From Eledone cirrhosa (lineage: Eukaryota): 64,000 nucleotides of DNA. A model generated the notes under the pieces. It was given only the letters and a program-made list of their open reading frames with translations. It ran no database searches and was not told where the DNA came from. The translations under genes were made by a program, and so were the position numbers. The DNA is taken from the NCBI GenBank assembly GCA_964016885.1, contig OZ024740.1:82832001-82896000 (forward strand), written 5' to 3'. Shown here one piece after another: positions 1 to 15,039 of this stretch (positions are counted from its first letter, which is position 1; each line of letters starts with the position of its first letter).

Positions 1-193
1 GGCGGTGGATTGGCAGTATCGGTAGAGGGTCGGACGCCATGCTTTGACATATATAGTTACAGCCCTTGCCATTCTGAGTTCAAATCCCGCCGAGGTTAAC
101 TTTGCCTTTCATCCTTACGGGGTCAATAAGATAAAGTACCAGTAATGCACTGAGTAATTTCTGGCCTAGTGCCGAATGTAGAAACAATTATTA
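1..193 (+). mobile_element. tRNA-derived SINE, near full length
   Basis: A-box-like TGGCAGTATCGG, B-box GTTCAAATCC, core GGTTAACTTTGCCTTTCATCCTTACGGGGTC..ATAAAGTACCAG, ends GAAACAATTATTAT; recurs ~14 times in the window. Confidence 0.85.
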
Positions 194-390
194 TCACTGT
201 TTGTACAAATATGCAACGTAAACAATGTTCTGCATATCCGCATTTGACAATGCATATAATGCTGAAACAGATATTGCAAATAAATTAATGTTTTGATATT
301 TCACTTATAAAATCTCAACATTTTCTACTGAAACAATTTTTTCGTTTCCTACTATTTGTTTATATATATATATATATATACATATATATA

Positions 391-798
391 CTAACAGTGG
401 TACCCGGCGTTGCACCGATAAGGTATTTTGGAACACGGACCGCCAACAGACCTAATCGTGGAAAGACTGCATGCCTGGACAATATGTAAACAAAATAAAC
501 CGAATACACTGGTGGCTGGATAGTCTTTAAGCTATTCCTCGATGAAGCAGGGAAAATGCAGGTTTTCATCTAATGCGGGCCCTAGAAATGAATTTTTTTA
601 TATGCATAATATGCCTTGATATCTCGAGAAAATCGGTTAGACGTAACGCCTCAAAAGAGCCCTAAAAAGCTGAAAAATGAAGTTTTTCACCTAATGCGGG
701 CCCTAGGGATCAAAAAGTTGAAATATAAGTAATACACATGGTAAAGTTAGAAAAACGTCGGTTGGGTACTTCTCGAGTTTTAGGGATTCAAACTCACA

Positions 799-840
<42 letters not shown>

Positions 841-895
841 TACATCCTCAGGGAAGTGACGTAATGCAAACAGCAAGATATAAAGACAGATATTA
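391..895 (-). mobile_element. Helitron-like non-autonomous element (5' boundary uncertain)
   Basis: Minus-strand 3' end GCAACGCCGGGTACCACTGTTAG matches ends at 1868-1890, 2802-2824 and 44138-44160; sits next to (TA)n. Confidence 0.45.
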
Positions 896-1231
896 TAAGG
901 GCGCGGTGTTATATCTATCTAAAAAGAGAAAGACCAAGAAATATAGAGAGAAATCGAATTTGTAATGTATTGATTTTTCAGTTCAAATGTATAAATAGGG
1001 ATTAGAGACGAGTTATTTCCCTTTTATGGCGTCATTTGTTTATCTATTTATGTTACGTATAAACGACGCGGTGGGCCGATAAGAACAATTTCATGCAAAG
1101 ACAAGACCAAGTTTATGGTGTAAATGGAATCGTTAGACGAATATTCTATTTAAAATAACCCAATGCTTTCCAGCCCCGGAGTTTAAGAATGATGTACATA
1201 CAATTGTAAACGAAAATGACAGGTTATTAAA

Positions 1232-1347
1232 ATAGTTGTTTCTACTTTTGGCACAAGGCCAGCAATTACCCAGTGCATTACTAGTACTTTATTTTATCGA
1301 CCCCGTAAGGATGAAAGGCAAAGTTAAACTCGACGGGATTTTAACTT
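1232..1347 (-). mobile_element. SINE, 5'-truncated
   Basis: Reverse complement of SINE core and 3' end. Confidence 0.85.
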
Positions 1348-1639
1348 TGCCCTAACATAGTAAAAGTAAATAGTGAAGATTAGGCCAGTACATACGTATG
1401 CGCCGACGAACATACACATACATATACATAGGCACACACAAATACATACTCATACTCGTACGCGCGCGCGTGTGTGTAAACCTTATGCATTTCTATAGCA
1501 TTTTCACCAAAGTTAAGACATAGGTTACTTAAGTACTCCGGATGATCATGGACACTTTTATTTTTCCAGATATTGATTATAGGGCCTCACGGCAGATAAC
1601 TCCCTTTAACCACTTCCTGGGACTCGACTGAATCACTGC

Positions 1640-1890
1640 AGTGCAATGCAAAAAAACGTCATAACTTCTAGAGTTCGCAACCGATTTTCACAAAACTTTA
1701 CACATGGGCTACGTTTGGTCTACAGGTGAATGTAAACTCTCAGAATTGGCACATATTGAATAGAGCAGGAACCCCTTTTAGAAAATGCCGATGATTTTGT
1801 AAAAGTTTAGTTTTTGAAGCAGCACTGAAGTATTGACATAAATCGTATACTGCTATTTAATACCTGAGCAACGCCGGGTACCTCTGCTAG
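1640..1890 (+). mobile_element. Helitron-like element, 3' part
   Basis: Ends GAGCAACGCCGGGTACCTCTGCTAG|T (GC-rich subterminal motif plus CTAG); internal ACCGATTTTCACAAAACTTTACACATG resembles 43415-43441. Confidence 0.5.
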
Positions 1891-2924
<1,034 letters not shown>

Positions 2925-2931
2925 TATATAA

Positions 2932-3265
2932 AATATAAGATCAAAAGATGGTTAAAAGAGTTCCAAGTATTTTATTATGTGCATTTCAAAAACAAATATA
3001 ATCATGGGATGATATTTGCGTTCTCATCAGATAAAATAGGGATACATGATATTAAGCTTAAAAAACAATTGTGAACAGTGAAGTTTTAAATCAACATATA
3101 TGTTGATTTAAAACTTCACTGATCAAAAGTGTTTTTTAAGCTTCATATCATGTTTCCCTATTTTATGTGATGAGAACGCAAATATCATACCATGATGATA
3201 TTTGTTTTTGAAATGCGTATAATAATATACTTGGAACTCTTTTAACCATCTTTTGATCTTATATT
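2932..3265. repeat. ~334 bp loopless palindrome with a hammerhead motif in each arm
   Basis: Centre TCAACATA|TATGTTGA at 3098/3099; arms complementary with scattered mismatches; preceded by (TA)n. Confidence 0.9.
2970..3036 (-). ncRNA. type I hammerhead ribozyme motif
   Basis: Minus strand reads TTTTAT-CTGATGA-stem II-GAAA-TGCACA-TA-ATAAAA; mirror copy at 3161-3227 has GTGATGA and TGCGTA, giving a consensus palindromic stem III ATGCGCAT. Confidence 0.7.
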
Positions 3266-3352
3266 ATTTATACTCCAGTCCTATAAACTGTGGTGTGCTA
3301 CTTATCCGATATTTGCATTGCTTTACTGTTGCTACAATAAATCTCACCTCCT

Positions 3353-3384
<32 letters not shown>

Positions 3385-3493
3385 GTTTGTGTGTGTGTGT
3401 GTGTGTATATATACATAAATATATATATATATATATTTATGTATATATACACACATATATATATATATATGTAGGAGGTGAGTTTTATTGTAG

Positions 3494-3553
<60 letters not shown>

Positions 3554-4209
3554 GGAGAGGGAGAGGGTAATATTAATCCGTTTCCGTTATTTTAATTTGT
3601 GTTTCTTGATATCTAGTACTGTATCAACACACAGTGGCTTTTAAGTTAACAAATAAATCGCTTTTCATAGATTTTCCGTGGTGATCAAACGTAGGTACAA
3701 TTAATGTAATTACTGGAGTATTTATATAGAAAATAATAAATCACATGAATACACCCCAATTTTTTTTGGACAGTTCACTATTGTTATTGTTGTTGCTATA
3801 AGACTAGGTAGGTATGAGTGTAGTTTGTGATAGTTTACTCCCTTAGTTTTAGTTCTTACTGCTTTCGGACCGTTTATTCTTGCCGAATGAGAACAACTAA
3901 TGTTGTTCTTTTTATTGAATTAACATATATTTGCTCAGTATAGTTGTTGATATTTTCATACGTTTATGACTTTATATAACCTAGGTTACTCCTTAGCAAC
4001 ACGCGTTCTCTCTCTATATATATAAACATTTACTTGTGCGATTAAGAAATTGTTAGACTTCGGCAACTCGATAGGTGAAACTGTGGACGCAGAATATTGG
4101 AATTCGAATTCTCAGAAAATATACATCGGATTAGCGAAACTAGATGTGCTAAATTCCATATTAACAAAACATATATCAGTTACATTAAAAACACTTATCC
4201 TTCAATTGC

Positions 4210-4247
<38 letters not shown>

Positions 4248-5419
4248 GAGAGGTATAGAGATTGTTTTAGCAAGAAGCTAACGGCATTCTATAACATATA
4301 TGCGACTATAACGTCAAGATGGGAAAAGTAGTTAACGAAAGATTTAGGAAAAATAACTCAAACTCATCTCAAAAGAGAATCAGGATATAAATTCATCCAC
4401 AGAATTTAGTAAAATCCAGGGAAAATCTATAGACCTTTAACTCATGATAAAATAAAGTTTGAAACACTTATCCTTCAATTTGGAATAACATCAAATGCTC
4501 TGTATGGTCTTAAAAGACTATTTCATGAAAACTTTCAGTGGAGATGGTCACGGTTGGAATTTCAATCATCAGCAGAGCTCAACAGAAAACCAGGGCTCTC
4601 ACAGTAATATAATCCGAAAAAGGGAATTCTAAAACTGGCTAGTTCGCCTTCATGTGTATTTATGAAAAAGCACATGAGGAAAAAACGGGGCTAGTGACGT
4701 CAGGATGGAAGTGAATGTTTATTTACAAGAAATAGCAGTCAAATACATTCTGAAAAAAACTCTACAAAGGAGTTCAGCAAAATAGCAATATTATCACAGT
4801 TTTTATGAAAAAAACCGGGATTAGTCACTATAGTTTTGCGAGGTTTTTTATATGAAATCGTGTGTCGAAACAAATATTGTTATACTTGGGGAGGGTCATA
4901 TTTGTGTAATATCGCCAGAATTAATAACAGAACACACTCACTGTTTGGTTGGTTTTCGCTTTTCGCTTCTGAGTCTTTTATATCGGTAATCTTATTTATT
5001 CGGTCCTCAATGTTGCCATTGACTGACCAACGGTCAGAAATAATACAGATACAATATAGACACAAACACATATATATAGTTTATCAAAGTTCTTTCGTTG
5101 CACATCTGCAACATCGTCAGTGGTGCTATTGTTTCCTCCCGTTACATTGTATGTCTACGCCATCTTTATTTAGTCTGTTTATATATTTATTTATTTATTT
5201 GTTTGTTTGTTTATTTTATTTTGTCTTCTTTGCGCATGCGTTTGCGTGTGTGTATAGTGTTTTGTTTGATGTGTGTTCGTGATTGGGTGATTGTGTATTG
5301 GTTAATGTATTCTATCTTTACTAGTGTGTGTTTATATGTGTTTGTTGTTATTGTGCTTGTGTATGTATTTATTTATATATTTCTTTATTTATACTTCTCT
5401 TAGGTCAGTGTTGTTTGTT

Positions 5420-6602
5420 TGGGTGTTGTTGTTATTCCTTCATTCTTTCTGTTTAGTCTTGGCCTTCTAAGTTCTATTTCACTGGCCTCTCTGATTTGCC
5501 TATCTGCTGGATCATTTCTATGTTTAGATATTATTCTAATTTCTATCTTGTGTATGTTACCGTCGTGTTGTTGTCTGGCATGTTCGTATAGTACTGACCC
5601 GTGTTTTCGTCCTTTTAGTCCCCCCCCAGTGTTGGTCTATCCTTTCACCTATGCTACGAGCTGTCTCGCCTATGTATGTTGTTGTCGTGTTTCTGCAAGT
5701 ACACCCTGTACATCTTATGCTATTAGTACAGTGGGTTTTCTTAAAAGGGTAGGTTTTGCTGATCAGGGATTTTATGGTGGTTCCTGGCTTTTCTACCACC
5801 TTATTCTTTAAGTGGGTCTTTCTCAGGGCCATTCTACACTGGTTAGCTAATTTACCTCGAGGGGTAGCGTCCACAAACATGACACTCTGGTATCTCTGGT
5901 TGTCGTACCATGAGGTGGCTTTCCCTATCTTATGTCTAGCCCTATCTAAGCTATTCCATGATTGGCTCCTGTATAATGGGCCAATTCCTTTCATGTCCAG
6001 TTCTATGAGGGTCTTATACTTCTCCATGGCTCCTTCGTATACTCTGACTCTGTCTCTTTGGTTGTAGCCAGAGAACTGCATGCGGTTGATGAAGTGTTGG
6101 ATGTGTCTTTCCATCTCTGTAGGGTCGCACATGCGGGACGCATTCTTCATCACTCGTACCAAATCTACGATCAGAATATTAAACTTAGCACTACTACACA
6201 TTGCTGAGTTTTTGAGTATCAGGTATTCAGAGGCCATGGGTTTATCATAGTGTGAGTGGAGAATTTGGGCTCTCTCGTCTATAGTGTTAATCCAGAGTTC
6301 CGTGTCTAATACAGGTAGTCTATTGTTAGGGTGTTTGGAAGGGTAGTCGATAGTTACAGTTATACTCTGGTGTATGGAATTAGCTATCTGCTGGATGCTT
6401 TCCATTGTGCTACGTTCTAAATCAAACTTGTTAGTGCTCTCTAGTGAGGATGTGCTTATAACTATATTGATATCGTCTACGTAACGAGAGTACATGATGA
6501 GGTCTATGGAACTCTCATTAAGGAGATCTTTAAGGCTCCTTTCGCACCATACCATAAAAAGGTTGGCAACATCACCAGCTACGCTGACGCCAATGGCTGC
6601 TC
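5420..6602 (-). pseudogene. inverted copy of PLE RT C-terminus and GIY-YIG
   Basis: 332 aa ORF 5557-6555 nearly identical to 8723-9457; contains YIGETARSIGERIDQH. Confidence 0.85.
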
Positions 6603-6616
6603 AATAAGACATTAGA

Positions 6617-9600
6617 ATGGATGTACAAGAAAAAAACTACAAGAAAGGAAAATAGATTATTCTCAAAAATACCCAAATAACATCAACAATATCCGTATGA
6701 CTGATGTAAATCTACCGGAAGAATTCACCAATGACCACACAGTAAATATTTATGGGAACACTTTAATCAGTGAACAAGAACAACAAATCCTGCAGCTACC
6801 ACCAAAATTTGCCATCTACAAAAAGATTAAACCTATTGAGTACAACACGGAGCTGGAAAAATGTTTCACAAACATACGTTGGAATGCAAAAGTAAACAAA
6901 AACAACAACAATAATAACGGTAGTAGTAATATAAACAATGACTCTGAATATAGAAATAACAGCCATAACAATAACAATAGCAGGAGAGTGAGAAATAGTA
7001 ATAATGTTAATAATACTAACGATAGACAGAACAACAACAACAACCACAATAATAATAATAATAGAAACATTAACCACAGACACAGCAGCAGCGACCACAG
7101 TAGAAATAACGGTAACAATACGAACAACAACCACAACAACCACAGTGGTAATAATGGAAATAATACATGTAGCAACATTAATGATAGACACAACAAAAAC
7201 AAGAAACATGATAAAAGTAACAACCATAATAGTAGAAATAACAGTAACAACAACAATAACGGTGAAGTAAACAACAATCACAGCAACAATTCATCTAGTA
7301 ATCATAACAACAATACATCTAACAATCACAGCAACAATACACCTAGCAATCATAACAACAATACATCTAACAATCACAGCAACAATACATCTAGCAATCA
7401 TAACAATAATAATAATGCTAATGATAGGAACAACAACAACTACCATAATAACAACAATAGCAACACACAACTATGACGATAGATATAATGACAACCCCTT
7501 AGAGAAACTATTTTTCAACTCAGCTGACAAAACATATAAGATGGGTAATATCTATCCTACGAGGTTGCCCTTTAATAAAAGAGTTTGCATACCACAACAA
7601 ATAGATGACGAGACAGAGGCACAGTTCACCATAGCTAGAAATAAGATTAGACAAATAGTAGACCGGTATACTAAGAGACAGAGCAGACCAGAGGCCCAAC
7701 AACTTGGGAGGACACCTGTAGAAGGCTTGGTTAGCCTCAAGCAGCGCACAAGGGATGGTGAGGTAGTATGTCTACCCACGGATAAGTCTGGTAGGATGTC
7801 ATTAGATAGCATGCCGAACTACATCAAGGCTATGCAACCCCAAATCACCAACACGAACGAAATTGCACAGCAAACACATGATGTGAGAGAGAAAATCCTC
7901 AACGCTCACATAATGATGTGGACTGACATCCTAAAGCCAAGCAGACGCACTGCCAACAACTTCCAGGCGTCTAACAATGGCATACCACCCTTGTATGGGC
8001 TCCGCAAAGACCACAAGACAGTCGACGACCCGACATCAGGACCACCAACAAGACCCTATGCGGAGCTCATATAGCTAGCAACTACAGGATCGCCTACTTC
8101 CTCTCAATGGTTATATGCCCCATAATCAAGATGTCCCCAGACGTATGTGAGAGTACAGAGGACCTCCTCAGCAGAATCAGTGAGTGCAACAAAAACAGGA
8201 ACCTATCCAACTGCATAATAGGCAGCATGGATGTGGTATCACTGTACCCATCCATGAACATGATTTTGCTGTGGAAAAATGTGTGGAGATGATCATTGAG
8301 AGTGAGGTGGAGTTCTGCGACGTCGATACAGACGAACTGGCATCCTACTTAGACTTACCTACGACACTGAATACCTAGACAGCCATGACCTTAGACGTTT
8401 TTGCCCTAGTAGACACATAAGAGGTAGACCCACCACCATAACCTCAATGGCAAAAATGACTCCCATGGGAAGGTGGATTGGGTGGACCAAAGCTATACGG
8501 ACCCCCCAAAACAATGATCAGGTAAGAAAAATGGTCGCACATGCAATAGGGGCTAGTATCAAAACTACCCTAAAGGGCCACATATTCAAGTTCAACGAGA
8601 AGATCTACACCCAAAATGAGGGAGCAGCCATTGGCGTCAGCTGGTGATGTTGCCAACCTTTTTATGGTATGGTGGGAAAGGAGACTTAAAGTCTCCTTAA
8701 TGAGAGTTCCATAGACCTCATCATGTACTCTCGTTACGTAGACGATATCAATATAGTTATAAGCACATCCCCACTAGAGAGCACTAACAAGTTTGATTTA
8801 GAACGTAGCACAATGGAAAAGATCCAGCAGATAACTAATTCCATACACCAGAGTATAACTGTAACTATCGACTACCCTTCCAAAGACCCTAACAATAGAC
8901 TACCTGTATTAGACACGGAACACTGGATTAACACTATAGACGAGAGAGCCCAAATTCTCCACTCACACTATGATAAACGCATGGCCTCCAAATACCTGAT
9001 ACTCAAAAACTCAGCAATGTCCAGTAGTGCTAAGTTTAATATTCTGATCTCAGATTTGGTAACAGTGATGAAGAATGTGTCCCGCATGTGCGACCCAACA
9101 GAAATAGAAAGACACATACAACACTTCATCAACCGCATGCAGTTCTCTGGCTACAACCAAAGAGACAGAGTATACGAAGGAGCCATGGAGTGGTATAAGA
9201 CCCTCATAGAACTGGACATGAAAGGAATTGGCCCATTATACAGGAGCAAATCATGGAATAGCTTAGATGGGGCTAGACATAAGATAGGGAAAGCCACCTC
9301 ATGGTACGACAACCAGAGATACCAGAGTGTCATGTTTGTGGACGCTACCCCTGGAGGTAAATTAGCTAACCAGTGTAGAAAGGCCCTGAGAAAAACCCAC
9401 TTAAAGATTAAGGTGGTAGAAAAGCCAGGAACCACCATGAAATCCCTGATCAGCTAAACCTACCCTTTTAAGAAAACCCACTGTACTAATAGGAAATGTA
9501 TCATATGTAGGGTAAACCCCCAGATAAACTGTAAAACTAGAAACGTAGTCTATAGCATAAGATGTAAAGAGGGTTCTTGCAGAAATATGACAACAACATA

Positions 9601-9830
9601 CGTAGGTGAGACATAGGTGAAAGGATAGACCAATACTGGGGGGAACTAAAATGACGAAAAAACGGGTCAGTACTATACGAACATGCCAGACAACAACACG
9701 ACGGTAACATAGACAAGATAGAAATTAGAATAATATCTAGACATAGAAATGACCCAGCAGATAGGCAAATCAGAGAGGCCAGTGAAATAGAACTTAGAAG
9801 GACAAGACTAAACAGAAACAATGGATGGAA
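6617..9830 (+). pseudogene. PLE RT/GIY-YIG ORF, frameshifted, with Asn-rich insert
   Basis: ORF pieces 6697-7476, 7415-8074 (PTDKSGR, PPLYGLRKDHK..PTRP), 8107-8647, 8723-9457. Confidence 0.8.
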
Positions 9831-10152
9831 TAACAACAACACCCAAACAAACAACACTGACCTAAGAGAAGTATAAATAAATAAATAAATAAATAGATAA
9901 ATAAATAAATAAATACATACTCAAGCACAATAACAACAAACACATATAAACACACACTAGTAAAGATAGAATACATTAACCAATACACAGTCACCCAATC
10001 ACGAACACATATCAAACAAAACACTATACACACACGCAAACGCATGCGCAAAGAAGACAAAATAAGATAAACAAACAAACAAATAAATAAATAAATATAT
10101 AAACAGACTAAATAAAGATGGCGTAGACATACAATGTAACGGGAGGAAACAA

Positions 10153-10204
10153 TAGCACCACTGACGATGTTGCAGATGTGCAACGAAAGAACTTTGATAA
10201 ACTA
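10153..10204 (+). ncRNA. hammerhead-like motif in PLE 3' end (mirror at 5077-5128, minus)
   Basis: CTGACGA-T-GTTGCA(GATG)TGCAAC-GAAA-GAACTT; stem II perfect, stems I and III weak. Confidence 0.55.
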
Positions 10205-10429
10205 TATATATGTGTTTGTGTCTATATTGTATCTGTATTATTTTTGACCGTTGGTCAGTCAATGGCAATATTGAGGACCGAATAAATTAGATTACCGATA
10301 TAAAAGACACAGAAGCGAAAAGCGAAAACCAACCAAACAGTGAGTGTGTTCTGTTATTAATTCTGGCAATATTACACAAATATGACCCTCCCCAAGTATA
10401 ACAATATATATATATATTTATATACCTTA

Positions 10430-11982
<1,553 letters not shown>

Positions 11983-12722
11983 GTGCATGTATATATATAT
12001 ATATATATATAATAAATATACATAAATATATATGTATGTATACATACATACATACATACATACATACATACATACGTATATATATAATATATATATGTAT
12101 GTATGGAATTCAAAATATACACTGATATGACAATGAAAGACCATAGAAAAGATACCATAATAAAGGATAAAACCAATGAATGTGCGACATGGCTCTTCTT
12201 TCTGATTGCACTGTGAATTTGAGATATTTTAAAACCTTTCGAAGTGCAAGGATCGTGGAATACAGATAACACAATGTGATGTTGAAAGCCATTACAATTG
12301 CATATATAGTTGAAGTACGGGGCCAGCAAAATTCTCGCATCATATACCAGGTTCATGTGGTATATGATTCGCAAATTTGAGAAATTCGTACTATTTATTA
12401 CTGCCAACAATCTGCGAATAGCATTGTTAAGCTAATTTTCAAAAAATAAACCGTGTTGTATCTCTATGTGACAAACCCATGGACAAAACATTGCGCGTTA
12501 TTCAATTATATTTTCTATTCAATTATCTCTTTAAATATGAATACAATTTTTAAAGGAATATATGACCCAAACATCTCTAACTGGTTTTACTGCCAATACA
12601 TAACTATAAATATTATATGTAGATAATTCAATGTATTATTTTTCTCTGTATATATGCTATCTGTATATGTATTAATCCTGTTTAACATGTTGCAGCCTTT
12701 TCCTGCTATAAAGAAGCTGCTG

Positions 12723-12878
12723 TCTTCTTCTTCTTCTCTTCTTCTTCTTCTTCTTCTTCTTCTTCTTCTTCTTCTTCTTCTTCTTCTTCTTCTTCTTCGT
12801 CTTCGTCTTCGTCTTCTTCTTCTTCTTCTTCTTCTTCTTCTTCTTCTTCTTCTTCTTCTTCTTCTTCTTCTTCTTCTT

Positions 12879-12909
<31 letters not shown>

Positions 12910-12994
12910 TTCTTCTTCTTCTTCTTCTTCTTCTTCTTCTTCTTCTTCTTCTTCTTCTTCTTCTTCTTCTTCTTCTTCTTCTTCTTCTTCTTCT

Positions 12995-13037
<43 letters not shown>

Positions 13038-13217
13038 CTTCTTCTTCTTCTTCTTCTTCTTCTTCTTCTTCTTCTTCTTCTTCTTCTTCTTCTTCTTCTT
13101 CTTCTTCTTCTTCTTCTTCTTCTTCTTCTTCTTCTTCTTCTTCTTCTTCTTCTTCTTCTTCTTCTTCTTCTTCTTCTTCTCTTCTTCTTCTTCTTCTTCT
13201 TCTTCTTCTTCTTCTTC
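12723..13217. repeat. (CTT)n microsatellite ~495 bp with internal (CTG)n block
   Basis: Direct reading; possibly the (GAA)n tail of the adjacent minus-strand RTE. Confidence 0.95.
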
Positions 13218-13219
13218 TC

Positions 13220-14130
13220 GATTGAGACCAGCCGTTACAAGATGTTACATCTTGATTTCGGTTTAACCTTGGTTCTCCTGCTTTATGATTGTATCTGTAA
13301 ATTGTGTCCAACAATATTTTGCGAGACATTCGAAAGATGTCCGTAGTAGCGGAGCTGCAATCTCACAGGTGGAAAAAGTGGCACCTCTACCTGGAGTAAC
13401 TTCCTGAATTTCGAGTTATGCACTCTATCGAGTAAGATTACTCCATAGATCATTCAGAGAAACCCCAATTCGAACGCCTATTATTACGATCGTATTTTTT
13501 CGGACAATACTCAAGATTCATGACCATAGGTAAGTGTAAGAACGATACCGTATTGAAGATGATGATTTTAGTTTTGATCCATACCTACCTTTTTGTAAGG
13601 CTGATACACTGCGGCACCAGGTAATACAGTTGTTGCACATTTTGCAGCCTCTTACCTTCCATCCCTGGTACAAAAACGGTTCCATTATAACTAAAATTCA
13701 CCTGTTTCAGTGGAACTACACTCACATGAAGGATCCACTGAGTAGTTTTCCATGAGAGAATGAATGTTTCGGTCTTAGCAGACTAATTTGTATTCTTGCT
13801 CTGCAATACTCAGCAACAAACCTATCAAATGCAGGTCGGAGATCGCCTCCCACCGATAAGTCGTACCATGTCACCTGAACATTCTAACTGGGTGAACGTA
13901 CACCGTCTAGTTTAATACCCACACTTCCAATCTGGCTGTTCATGTCAAACTTCTTCTTGAAGATTTTGAAGAGGAGATGTGACAGTCATCTATGCGGGCA
14001 GAGATCGACACACATAGTGAATTGTTTCGACGTAACACCATTTATGCGGACACAAATATTAGGTCAGTCGTGTAGAGACTGCAGGGTAAGAAACAGGATT
14101 TCTGAAGCTTTCAACAAATTATCATAATTA
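13220..14130 (-). mobile_element. RTE-clade LINE 3' fragment, degenerate
   Basis: Minus-strand translation near 13390-13535 gives TYGHES*VLSEKIRS..AFELGFL*MIYGVILLDRVHNSKFRKLLQVE, typical of the RTE region after the RT domain. Confidence 0.6.
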
Positions 14131-14461
14131 CTGAGAAGAAATGCATCTTAACATCCCGATGGGATCTATGTGAATTTACATATATACAAGGAAATGATAA
14201 TTGTAACAAGTTGGATGTCAAAGTCGTAAAAGTTGATCATTGAGAGAAAGAATATTAATTTGAATCGATCATATTGGCTCTTGTTCTTCTTTTCTTCTCA
14301 TTTATGGTATCTATAGTCCTTTCCAGTACTTTTATATACAGCCAGATCTGCCCGTTTTACACTTTTCTTCTTTATCTCCTTATTTATATAATTAATTATT
14401 AAAACTTAATAAACAATTTACAACATATATTTGATGTTGACTTCATTATTCATTCACAGAA

Positions 14462-14581
14462 TGAATTCAAATCCTGCCGAGGTTAACTTTGCCTTTCATC
14501 CTTGCGGAGTCGATAAATTAAAGTATCAGTAATGTACTGGGTAACGGCTGGCCTTGTGCCCAACAAGTAGAAACAATTATT
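14462..14581 (+). mobile_element. SINE, 5'-truncated
   Basis: B-box through GAAACAATTATT. Confidence 0.85.
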
Positions 14582-14648
14582 CATTCACAGAATTAATATT
14601 TTCACAGGGACACACAAGCAAATGCAGCAAAGAGACAACCCACACACC

Positions 14649-14688
<40 letters not shown>

Positions 14689-14693
<5 letters not shown>

Positions 14694-14863
14694 GTAAGTA
14701 TGTATGTATACGTACATGCATATATGTATACAGACGTACAGTAGTATGTATATATATATAGATATTACTGTACGTCTGTATACATATATGTATGTACGTA
14801 TACATACATACTTACATTTAAGTATCAGCCGTACTAAGAGTGAGAAATGAAATTTCGTTTCAT

Positions 14864-14868
<5 letters not shown>
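14689..14868. repeat. fold-back element (arms within 14689-14820 plus one-sided extension), same family as 22038-22447
   Basis: TAAATGTAAGTATGTATG... / ...CATACATACTTACATTTA; extension CCGTACTAAGAGTGAGAAATGAAATTTCG shared with 22400-22430. Confidence 0.8.
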
Positions 14869-14908
<40 letters not shown>

Positions 14909-14916
14909 TATATACA

Positions 14917-14947
<31 letters not shown>

Positions 14948-15039
14948 AGCAATGCAGTCAGACCCAGTGACATTATGTACATATATGCTAACTAATTATG
15001 TACATATACGCTAACTAATTAACTAATGACAAACAATAT

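Larger units (their letters stand above)
4874..10407 (+). mobile_element. Penelope-like retroelement with inverted 5' duplication (4874-6602 is the reverse complement of 8622-10407)
   Basis: RT motifs GSMDVVSLYPS, GAAIG, YSRYVDD, LPVLD; GIY-YIG-like NVVYSIRC..C..YVGET; hammerhead motif in the 3' region; both arms end CAAGTATAACAATAT. Confidence 0.85.

Noticed and set aside
1-90. tRNA gene
   Set aside because: A and B boxes belong to a multi-copy SINE head; no complete cloverleaf.
4040-4620. RTE-like remnant (IGLAK..ISVTLKTLIL)
   Set aside because: Too decayed to support a call.
4836-5811. Hydrophobic membrane-protein-like ORFs (also 6796-7281 and 9537-10268)
   Set aside because: Antisense reading of the A/C-rich PLE UTR and the Asn-rich tract.
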